Shown here: one piece after another, positions 17,935 through 26,367 of the stretch | How the letters are laid out: the number at the start of each line of letters is the position of its first letter | How positions within the stretch are numbered: position 1 is the first letter of the stretch | The notes under the pieces: generated by a model | The model's input: the letters and a program-made list of their open reading frames with translations, nothing else | Database searches by the model: none | Told to the model about the DNA's origin: nothing | Source: Candidatus Latescibacterota bacterium | GTDB lineage: Bacteria; Latescibacterota; UBA2968 | DNA: 64,000 nucleotides | Assembly: GCA_965222605.1 (NCBI GenBank) | Contig: OZ244960.1 | Coordinates: 1,984,001-2,048,000 of the forward strand | Direction: 5' to 3' | Position numbers and translations under genes: made by a program

Positions 17935-20910
17935 ATGAGAAGACTTGTCTTATTGAGTCCTTTTCTGCTACTCCTGATCTGTCTATGTGCAAGAAATGCC
18001 TGGAGCGGTACAACGGGCAAACTCACCGGCGTGGTAGTAGATCAAAGTGGGGAGCCGCTTCCCGGCGCCAACGTGGTGATCAAAGAAATGCGGCGGGGCG
18101 CGAGCACAGATTCGGAAGGCAGATATTTTATTTTATCCGTGGACCCGGGCACATACCGGGTAGAAGCATCTCTGGTGGGCTATCAGTCCATCGCACAAGA
18201 AGATGTGAAGATGATTGTGGATTTTACCACAACAGTGGATTTCCGCCTGGTGGAAATGGCACTTGAAGGGGCAGAAATCGTAGTTGTGGCCGAGCGGCCC
18301 CTTGTTGAGCCGGACAAGACATCGACCAAATACGTGGTGACCTCCGAGGAGATCGAGGCATTGCCAATGGTGCGCAGTGTATCCGATTTTGCCGAGTTGC
18401 AAGGCGGTGTATCAGTAGATGGCAACTGGACCATCCGGGGTGGAGACGCGCCGGATGCCGCGGTGATTATCGACGGAGTCCGCCTGGTGAACAACGACCT
18501 CAGGGGATTTAACCGGTTTATGGGTGTAAACACCAACGCGATTGAGGAGTTGCAGGTCATCACCGGTGGGATGGAAGCGGAATACGGCAACGCGCAGGCC
18601 GGGATTATCCGGATCGTGACGCGAGACGGCAGCAACACATTGAGGGGCCTGGCAGAATACCGCAACACGCCGCCCTCTAAAAAGCACTGGGGACCAAATA
18701 TCTATGAGCATCCGACCGTGCTTCAACAGGATCTCCCGGACAACGCCTCTTTGCTGGACTACACGAGCACCTCAGGTCACGAGGTAGATCTAAGCCTGTC
18801 CGGACCGCTGGTAGGCGGTCTGCAATTTTTTGCCAGCACCAAGTGGGACGGCAGGGCACCGCGGTTTCCCGGGCCAACAACGCGGGTGCCGTGGAATACG
18901 CAGAATCACATGAAGTTAATCCAGCAGGTCAACCCCAATATGAAAGTGCGTGTAGGAGGTCTTTTTGAGCGGCACAAAGGCTATAACGGCGATTCCCGCG
19001 GCGTTGGAAGCAGCTTCCGCAATTTGTTCCTGCCCGATGATTTTGCCACAGCCGGCCACCGCTGGAACCAGGAAGACCTGATTTATTTGTCTGCTACGCA
19101 CACGATCACTTCTCGCACGTTTTACGAAGTGCGACTTTCGCGTTCGCACAGCAGCATAGAGACGGAGAACGGCCCGGAAGCCACCACAAAGTGGACCAGA
19201 AACGGTTATTTCAATATGGACCGCGCCTTTTTCCGCCCAGAGGATTCGGAGCGGATCCGGTGGAATCTGAAGACGGACATGTCCAGCCAGATAACGCGCT
19301 CCAACCTCATTAAAACGGGTCTGGATATTACGTATTACAACGTGTGGTGGACCTGGATTCAGCATTCCACTGAAGCGAACCGCACCATACGGTTTATCGG
19401 CCAGGACCACACCATCGGCGAAGGGGTGCACCCTCTGGAAATCGCTCTGTACCTGCAGGACCGGATCGAATTTGAAGGCATTGTACTCAATGCTGGCATC
19501 CGGTTGGACCGCTTCGACTTCCGCAGGGACGAACCTCATCCCTACCTGTGGGGAACCACGCCGATGTACGTGGGCCTGTTGCGCTTCCGCAATGCGCCGA
19601 CCGAACCGGCCGAGCCGATGATTCGATGGAGCCCGCGCCTGGGCATCTCCCATCCGATTACCGCAAAGTCAACGCTTCGGTTTTTCTACGGCAAGTTCAC
19701 CCAGCCGTTGCGATTTGATCACTGGTATCAGGAAGAGTGGGATTCCGGCACCACGGATGACCGCAATGGAGACGGCGTGGTGCAGGACTACGAATGGGGC
19801 AGTGGATATGTCAAGACACAGGGCCTGCTCCACGGCCACTCGGCATTCGCGCCTTATGAGCAGACCACGAGTTTTGAAGTGGGACTGGACTGGAACTTCG
19901 TGAGCGACTACGTGCTGAACCTGACCACGTATTACAAGAGCGCGATTGACCAGTCGCGCGCGGGCAGCCAGACCAATTATCGCGACCCATTGAAGAACGG
20001 AAAAAACATCGTGGGACCTTCCCACAGGATGGCCGGGTATTCAGAGGATAGTCGCGGGTTTGAAGTGAGCCTGAAAAAGCGGTTCTCTCACCACTTCGCC
20101 TTCCAGGTGGCATATAACGTGCAGTGGGCCACCGAAGACCAGTCGGGCTGGCGCGGCGCTTCCGCCTTCCCGGACTCGCTATTTTTCGCCAGCGGTCTGT
20201 TCTGGCGGCAGCATACCTACGACCTGAATACCGGTGTGGAGACGCCCGTGCCTATGCCCGAATCCGAGATCCAGAAATTCGGCTCTCAGGCGAACAGGAC
20301 ATTGCGCTCCTGGCAGGCTGGCGAGGTCAGCCTGGCGCCTTTCCGCAAGTCTTTCCCCGATCTGATGTATGAAGCACCCAACGGGGGCAAGATGTGGCTC
20401 TTCATGACGCTTTCGGGCGGTCGTGAATCCAGGCCGCGCATCAACGCAGACCAGCGCGCTTTCGGCAGCATCCAGGTGCTGGTATCCACCCCTGCGGACT
20501 TCGGTCCCACAATCGGGGAGATAAATCCGCTGGGCAATTGGCGCTCAAACATCATCTACCGCCTGGATACGGGTACGCCCTTCCAGTACTCGCCCCCCGA
20601 CGGGCCTACGGTGTGGGCAAATTCCCCGCTGAGGACCCGCGCGGACATGAGTCTGGAACGCAGTTTCCAATTGGGCAACCGCTATGAGGCTGTCTTTTAT
20701 ACGGAAATCAACAATTTGTTTAACACCCAGGACTTGCGCAACAACAACCAGTTCGACAACAATCAGCCTCCTTTCGACTGGATGCAGTGGGGTTTGACCA
20801 CGCCGCGTCCGGGCAATGCGAAATTTGAGCAATACGGAGATGAGCGCGTGTTGAACCGGTATATGGGCGCCCCCCGGCATGTGGCGCTGGGTTTGAGGGT
20901 AAAATTCTAA
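17935..20910 (+). CDS. TonB-dependent receptor (cassette 2)
   Basis: GTTGKLTGVVVDQSGEPLPGANV, ITGGMEAEYGNAQAG, NAGIRLD, WSPRLGISHPIT, C-terminal LRVKF. Confidence 0.93.
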   Translation: MRRLVLLSPFLLLLICLCARNAWSGTTGKLTGVVVDQSGEPLPGANVVIKEMRRGASTDSEGRYFILSVDPGTYRVEASLVGYQSIAQEDVKMIVDFTTTVDFRLVEMALEGAEIVVVAERPLVEPDKTSTKYVVTSEEIEALPMVRSVSDFAELQGGVSVDGNWTIRGGDAPDAAVIIDGVRLVNNDLRGFNRFMGVNTNAIEELQVITGGMEAEYGNAQAGIIRIVTRDGSNTLRGLAEYRNTPPSKKHWGPNIYEHPTVLQQDLPDNASLLDYTSTSGHEVDLSLSGPLVGGLQFFASTKWDGRAPRFPGPTTRVPWNTQNHMKLIQQVNPNMKVRVGGLFERHKGYNGDSRGVGSSFRNLFLPDDFATAGHRWNQEDLIYLSATHTITSRTFYEVRLSRSHSSIETENGPEATTKWTRNGYFNMDRAFFRPEDSERIRWNLKTDMSSQITRSNLIKTGLDITYYNVWWTWIQHSTEANRTIRFIGQDHTIGEGVHPLEIALYLQDRIEFEGIVLNAGIRLDRFDFRRDEPHPYLWGTTPMYVGLLRFRNAPTEPAEPMIRWSPRLGISHPITAKSTLRFFYGKFTQPLRFDHWYQEEWDSGTTDDRNGDGVVQDYEWGSGYVKTQGLLHGHSAFAPYEQTTSFEVGLDWNFVSDYVLNLTTYYKSAIDQSRAGSQTNYRDPLKNGKNIVGPSHRMAGYSEDSRGFEVSLKKRFSHHFAFQVAYNVQWATEDQSGWRGASAFPDSLFFASGLFWRQHTYDLNTGVETPVPMPESEIQKFGSQANRTLRSWQAGEVSLAPFRKSFPDLMYEAPNGGKMWLFMTLSGGRESRPRINADQRAFGSIQVLVSTPADFGPTIGEINPLGNWRSNIIYRLDTGTPFQYSPPDGPTVWANSPLRTRADMSLERSFQLGNRYEAVFYTEINNLFNTQDLRNNNQFDNNQPPFDWMQWGLTTPRPGNAKFEQYGDERVLNRYMGAPRHVALGLRVKF

Positions 20911-20953
20911 CGGCGACAACCTTTTGTTGTCTCAATTACAAGGAGGTAGGACA

Positions 20954-23272
20954 ATGCGATTCAACGCACGTCCAATGTTATGGGGCCTTGTGGGAATACT
21001 GGCGCTGATGCTGTGCGCGCCGAGCATTGTGCAGGCCCAGAGCATGGAATATCTCAACCGGAGCAAGCTGTGGGATGGCGTGGTTGAAAACGGTGGATCC
21101 GGGATGATCTTCAACTACCAGAAGATTTACGAGCGGATCGGCCTGGCTTATCCGGGCATGCTACAGTTGAGCGGTTCGTATGGGGCGCGGAGTACCAAAT
21201 GGTACCAGTCCTCTGGTCAGGGCGTCTGGATTCTCCTGAAAGATGGGGGAACCTACGAGGTGTATTCCAGCGGAGGTCCGCGCTACAACAGCGATGGCGT
21301 TTTCCAGGTAGATTATCCCGCAGATCAGAGAGAAGAGCTGCATCAGGGCTATGACAACCAACCCATCAGCGACGACCCCTCGCTTTTGGAAACGCATGGC
21401 TTGCCGAGTTTTGTACAGCCCAACTACTGGGCCGGCGTGGCGCCGCCGAGTGCGCGTCCCGTAAATATCCACAACTGGACCTATGGGGAATATGCGACCC
21501 CGGATAAGGACAGCTATGGCGAGCAGGTCGTGATCGCCCATTGGCGGGCAGGCGATATTCTGGGCACGCGCAAAGGCCGGGTGTGGAGCCATCCAGATTA
21601 CGACGACTTCATCATTTACGAGTTGACATTCGAGAACGTGGGTGACAAACCCTTGAATGACACGTACTTTGCGATGAACAACATCTTTCGGCCCGCCCAG
21701 CCCGGGCATATTTTTACGGGTGGCTATCCGCTCTGGTATGCCGGAAGCAATACGGCTGCCTATGACGACCACTACAAATACACGGGATCGCCGAGCTATG
21801 TGGGGCCTCCAGGTGTATCTGCCGGGGCCATTGCAAAGGCGCGGATGAGCTACAGCTATGATGGGGATTATCCCCTCAGTCCACACGATGACAGGGGAGA
21901 GCCGCTGGTCAAATCGCGTGAAAGCCCGCTCTATCCGCCGCAGATCGACCGCCCCGAAGGCACGCTGCTGTCGGCCGTGTACATAGGCTTTGCCACCATC
22001 GATGCAGACCCCACCGACGGGTTTGCCCACGAGCCGGATGCGGCGTCTAAGTACGTCGCGCCAAAAGTGGCTGAACAGCCTGTTTCGGTCAATTGGTACC
22101 AGGTGCGCAATCGATCGGACTACGACGACCCGCACGAAGCGCAGCACTCGGACGAGCAGATGTACAACATGATTACGGCCTCAACGCCAGCCGACCCCAC
22201 AGAAGTATCCGCATACGCTCACACCCAGGCCTGGGGACCTTATGATCTGGGACCGGGCGAGAAAGCCAAGGTGGTGACGGCTTATGTGGCTGCTCAGGCG
22301 TCTGGTCACGATAAGTACAAAGACCAGGTTCAGCCCTATGATTGGTACTGGATGTTTGAAGGCAAGAAGGACGAAATCGACCTGGGCGAAGAAGTGCTCT
22401 TTAAGCATCTGGAGAGAGCGCAAAGTGCCTACGAACTGGACTACAACGTGCCCAACCAGCCGCCAGACGTGTACTTCGAGATCCGCAGCAATGCCGACGG
22501 CAACTTTGCCGTGAGCTGGTCTGGCGACGTGATGGATGCGCGCGATCCCGACTACACGGGCGCTGAGGCTCAGGACATAGCTGGATTTCGCGTCTATGTG
22601 TCGCGTCAGGCCTTTTTCGGTCCATGGGATCTGGCCGTCGAGGTAAAAACCGATCCCGCCTCGGGTCCCCTCAACCTGCCCGATGGCGTGACCTATGACG
22701 GTTCTACCAATTTCTTTTCCTGGACAGATACCGAGTCGCTGCCCGGCTTTGCCTATTGGTACATTGTGCGGGCTTTTGACAAGGGCCACGACCACTGGAC
22801 AGGTGCAAATGGCAAAACCTTAGCCGACCTGCCCCCCGATGTGCAGGATAATGTGCGCATGGGCCTGGAAGGCGGACACAGTTCGCAAAACCAGATCAGC
22901 TATCACAACGGCGTCCGCCCCGTGGTGATTTCCAGTTCGGCATTCGACCGCATGGAAGTGCCGATTCAAGTGGTGCCCAATCCATTCCATCTGACGGACG
23001 AGGCCGGCCACTACAAGGCATCTAAAAATATGCGATTCACGGGGTTGCCGCGCCATGCCCGCATCAGCATCTACTCTATATCGGGCAACTTGATCGTCAC
23101 CAAAATCCACAACAACGCATCGCAAGGTGAGGCTGTGTGGAAACAGAACACGATGCATTCGGGCAACGTGACCGAGCGACTCGGCAGCGGCGTGTATTTC
23201 TGGGTGGTGGAGTCCTTAGTTCCGGGCAGTGAAGGCAAGACACAGACCGGCACATTGATGATTATTCGATAA
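20954..23272 (+). CDS. Secreted protein with T9SS-type C-terminal sorting domain (cassette 2 cargo)
   Basis: SD AGGAGG, signal peptide; VWSHPDYDDFIIY (cf. VWSVPRYDDFVIH in cargo 1); IAGFRVY; C-terminus IQVVPNPF...RISIYSISGNLI...SGVYFWVV...GTLMIIR. Confidence 0.8.
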   Translation: MRFNARPMLWGLVGILALMLCAPSIVQAQSMEYLNRSKLWDGVVENGGSGMIFNYQKIYERIGLAYPGMLQLSGSYGARSTKWYQSSGQGVWILLKDGGTYEVYSSGGPRYNSDGVFQVDYPADQREELHQGYDNQPISDDPSLLETHGLPSFVQPNYWAGVAPPSARPVNIHNWTYGEYATPDKDSYGEQVVIAHWRAGDILGTRKGRVWSHPDYDDFIIYELTFENVGDKPLNDTYFAMNNIFRPAQPGHIFTGGYPLWYAGSNTAAYDDHYKYTGSPSYVGPPGVSAGAIAKARMSYSYDGDYPLSPHDDRGEPLVKSRESPLYPPQIDRPEGTLLSAVYIGFATIDADPTDGFAHEPDAASKYVAPKVAEQPVSVNWYQVRNRSDYDDPHEAQHSDEQMYNMITASTPADPTEVSAYAHTQAWGPYDLGPGEKAKVVTAYVAAQASGHDKYKDQVQPYDWYWMFEGKKDEIDLGEEVLFKHLERAQSAYELDYNVPNQPPDVYFEIRSNADGNFAVSWSGDVMDARDPDYTGAEAQDIAGFRVYVSRQAFFGPWDLAVEVKTDPASGPLNLPDGVTYDGSTNFFSWTDTESLPGFAYWYIVRAFDKGHDHWTGANGKTLADLPPDVQDNVRMGLEGGHSSQNQISYHNGVRPVVISSSAFDRMEVPIQVVPNPFHLTDEAGHYKASKNMRFTGLPRHARISIYSISGNLIVTKIHNNASQGEAVWKQNTMHSGNVTERLGSGVYFWVVESLVPGSEGKTQTGTLMIIR

Positions 23273-23290
23273 TGAGGAGGAGGCCAAAAC

Positions 23291-24280
23291 ATGAATAGAA
23301 AGACCCTCTTAATCGGACTGACTATGGCCCTTATGGTCGGGCTTTCGGCCCCTTCCGCATTGGCCGAAGAAGTCAAGTCCGGTTTTCGGCGCACAGCTTC
23401 TACCGGCTTTGGATTCCTGCTGGTGGGGCAGAGCGCTCGGGCCACGGCGATGGGCGAAGCCTATATGCCTATTGCCAACGATATCAACGCGATCTTCTGG
23501 AATCCCGCGGGGCTGGTCGCCATCGAACGCGGGGCTTTTTCCGCCACGTACACGCGCTGGCTGGTCAACTCGAAGCTGTATTCGGGGGCCGTGTCCTATA
23601 ATATCCCATTCGGGACATTGGGCGTCAGCGTCATTTCGTTTGCACCTGAGCAATTTGAAGAGACTACGATCTTCGAGCCACAGGGCACGGGCGAGATGGT
23701 CAACGGCAATGGCACGGCTATCGGGCTTGTATTTGCCAAGCGCCTGACCAATAAATTGTCGTTTGGGTTGGAGATGCGCTACTTGCAGCAGAACCTGCAC
23801 AGAGAACAGATCACCCACGTCGATTTCGGGGTGTCCAGCATGTTTGCCACCGGCTTTGCCAGCAGCCGCATCGGCATGTCGCTGAAAAACTTCGGCGCAG
23901 ACAAAGCCGTCGTGACCGACGATCCATTCCGGATGCCAATGGTATTCAATTTTGGTGCCGCCATGGAAATTATCGGCAATTTGGGCGATCCCATTTCATT
24001 GACATTATCGCTGGTCAATACCTATGATCTGGAGGTAGAGAAAGAGCAGTTCAAAGTGGGCACAGAGCTGTGGTTGCAAAATATGCTGGCCCTGCGCGCG
24101 GGCTATAAGTTCGACAAAGGTCTCTTTGGATACAACAGAGATATCTATAGCTGGTCTATTGGCGCGGGGGTAAAGCAGAGTTTCGCCGGGCGGAGTCTCA
24201 CGGTTGACTTCTCGTATGCGGCCGTGGATGAAGTCGCGTTTTCCGCGCCGCTGCGATTGACACTTAGCGGGACATTCTAA
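23291..24280 (+). CDS. PorV/PorQ-family outer-membrane beta-barrel (cassette 2)
   Basis: FLLVGQSARATAMGEAY...IFWNPAGL, LALRAGY, VDFSY, C-terminal F. Confidence 0.9.
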   Translation: MNRKTLLIGLTMALMVGLSAPSALAEEVKSGFRRTASTGFGFLLVGQSARATAMGEAYMPIANDINAIFWNPAGLVAIERGAFSATYTRWLVNSKLYSGAVSYNIPFGTLGVSVISFAPEQFEETTIFEPQGTGEMVNGNGTAIGLVFAKRLTNKLSFGLEMRYLQQNLHREQITHVDFGVSSMFATGFASSRIGMSLKNFGADKAVVTDDPFRMPMVFNFGAAMEIIGNLGDPISLTLSLVNTYDLEVEKEQFKVGTELWLQNMLALRAGYKFDKGLFGYNRDIYSWSIGAGVKQSFAGRSLTVDFSYAAVDEVAFSAPLRLTLSGTF

Positions 24281-24313
24281 TGCGCTCATTCGCATAAACG
24301 CCCATGCATTTCT

Positions 24314-24350
24314 GGCGGCGGTCCAGTAAGGATAGGGCCGCCGCCTCTTT
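24314..24350 (+). terminator. Intrinsic terminator after cassette 2
   Basis: GGCGGCGGTCC-loop-GGGCCGCCGCC-TCTTT. Confidence 0.7.
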
Positions 24351-24380
24351 ATTGATCGGCTCGATATTAAAGGATCTGTC

Positions 24381-26345
24381 GTGGCGATTTCCGAACGCAC
24401 AACTGAGGCACCAGAAGCAGTTGTAGAACCCCATGGCGTGACGCTCAGGGCCTTTGTCCTGGCAATGATCACCATTGCCGGGGTGTGTCTTTTTGCGACC
24501 TATTACGGGCGGAACTTGATGAAGAGTTTTTTGCCCGTAACCGCATTGCTGCCCCTCGTGGTGTGGATCGGGATCAACACCGCGTTAAAACTGACAGTGC
24601 CCCGATTTGCATTGTCGCGCAGCGAAGTGGTGACGATTTTTGGGATTGTGTGGATGGTATCTACGGTGCCCGCGATCGGATGGGTGGGGTATTTGATCAC
24701 GGATATTTCGGCACCAGCGGCATTTTCCTCACCCGAAAATCGGTTCTGGGAAGTGGCGGGTCAGTACCTGCCCCGGTGGTTATTTATGGATCGGGGCAGC
24801 GAAGTGGTAGAGCGGCTATACGTGGGATTGGGCCACAGAGACGAGATCCCCTGGGCGCACTGGGTCGTTCCGCTGTTCTGGTGGTTTGTGGGAAGTCTGT
24901 CTCTGGTGCTGGCCGGGTTTTTTGCCAGCGTGCTGTTTTACAAACAGTGGCTGATGCACGAGCGCCTATCATTCCCCCTGGCGACCGTACCCCTGGCACT
25001 TTTGGAAGAAACCGAGGGCAGCCGGGTTCCCGACGTGTTCAAAGACTGGGTTTTCTGGATCGGGTTTGCGTGTACAGCCGGCGTGATTTTCTGGAATATC
25101 ACTGGCTATTTTGTCTTGACATTGCCCCGCATCACGATCTACGACCACTGGCTGACCACAGCGGTAGATACGGGACAGTATATCCCCACGATCTATTTGC
25201 GCATTCACCCCCTGATGATGGGTCTGGCCTATTTGTGCCCGCTAAATATTTTAATGAGTTTCTGGTTTTTTTTTCTCGTCAATGCGTTTAAGATGACGGT
25301 GATGAACCGCACGGGCTTTACCATCGGGTTGCAGGGCCAGACAGCCGCTCCCGAAGAGATATTGATGCTGGAGGCTCACGGGGCACTGGTTTTTCTGGTT
25401 ATCTGGTCGGTATGGGTTGCCCGGGACCACCTGAAAGAGACGCTGCAGAAGGCTTTCGGAGACCTGCGCTCACAAGACGATGGGGTGCCGGTATCCTATC
25501 GCACGGCCTGGCTGGGGCTTTTAAGTGCCACGGTTTTTTTTACGGGTTTTTTGCTCTCAATGGGCATCAGTCTGCCCTCGGCAATGGTGCAGATGGGGCT
25601 TCTGTTCATCATCTACTTTGGGGTAACCAAGTTTGCGGCGGCCACGGGCTATGTGTTCCTCGCACCCCAGGGAGAAAAAGGCTGGCAGATTATGAAGGCG
25701 CTCTACGGGACATTAAATATTTCGAGCCGGGATCTGACGGGTTTGATAGTGGTGAGCCGAAATGCCCTTGCCGGCGCGCCAGCCCGCATGCTATCTGTGC
25801 CAGCAATTCCCCATTTTTTTAAGCTCCTGGGCAATGGGCTACAGCGTTCCTGGGCTATCGTGGGCGTGTTGCCCGTTGCCCTTTTGGGAGCATTTGTGGT
25901 GGCCTGTGCCGCACAACTTTACGTATGTTATATGGAAGGCGGATTGAATTACGCCTATATGCCCGACTGGCGACACATGGTCAGACAAGTGTCGCTGATC
26001 GAAGGAACACAGCCGGCGTATTTCGATCTGGACAAAACCATAGTGTGGTTTATAGGTATTGCCGAGGCGGGATTACTGACGCTTTTGGGCATGCGATACA
26101 CAGCCTGGCCAATTCACCCATTCGGTCTGGCTTTTCCAGACAACCGATTTCGCTACGGGTTTGGGATTTTTATCGTGTGGCTGGCCAAGTCATTGACATT
26201 GCGCTTTGGTGGGGTGAGTCTCTACCGCCGATCGCTGCCGTTTTGGTATGGTATTGTGGTGGGATATCTGGTGGGAGTGGGAGCTTCGACAGTGGTAGAT
26301 GCGATCTGGTTTCCATTGAACCGGCATTTCGTACACGGATGGTAA
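24381..26345 (+). CDS. Polytopic inner-membrane protein, DUF6785/DUF6784-like (putative OPT-related transporter), copy 1
   Basis: Many TM helices; SPENRFWE, KQW...ERLSFPLA, WPIHPFG and RFGGVSLYRR..PFWYGIVVG motifs; ends HGW. Confidence 0.75.
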   Translation: MAISERTTEAPEAVVEPHGVTLRAFVLAMITIAGVCLFATYYGRNLMKSFLPVTALLPLVVWIGINTALKLTVPRFALSRSEVVTIFGIVWMVSTVPAIGWVGYLITDISAPAAFSSPENRFWEVAGQYLPRWLFMDRGSEVVERLYVGLGHRDEIPWAHWVVPLFWWFVGSLSLVLAGFFASVLFYKQWLMHERLSFPLATVPLALLEETEGSRVPDVFKDWVFWIGFACTAGVIFWNITGYFVLTLPRITIYDHWLTTAVDTGQYIPTIYLRIHPLMMGLAYLCPLNILMSFWFFFLVNAFKMTVMNRTGFTIGLQGQTAAPEEILMLEAHGALVFLVIWSVWVARDHLKETLQKAFGDLRSQDDGVPVSYRTAWLGLLSATVFFTGFLLSMGISLPSAMVQMGLLFIIYFGVTKFAAATGYVFLAPQGEKGWQIMKALYGTLNISSRDLTGLIVVSRNALAGAPARMLSVPAIPHFFKLLGNGLQRSWAIVGVLPVALLGAFVVACAAQLYVCYMEGGLNYAYMPDWRHMVRQVSLIEGTQPAYFDLDKTIVWFIGIAEAGLLTLLGMRYTAWPIHPFGLAFPDNRFRYGFGIFIVWLAKSLTLRFGGVSLYRRSLPFWYGIVVGYLVGVGASTVVDAIWFPLNRHFVHGW

Positions 26346-26367
26346 CGAGCGATACAGGAGGTGTGTC

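Noticed and set aside
21161-22795. Long antisense ORFs (328 and 204 aa), and similar ones at 18916, 27754, 29238, 52769 and 55850
   Set aside because: They lie opposite well-supported genes and show no recognisable motifs; expected from codon bias
9023-24280. Diversity-generating retroelement acting on the cargo or receptor genes
   Set aside because: No reverse transcriptase and no TR/VR pair differing at adenines was seen
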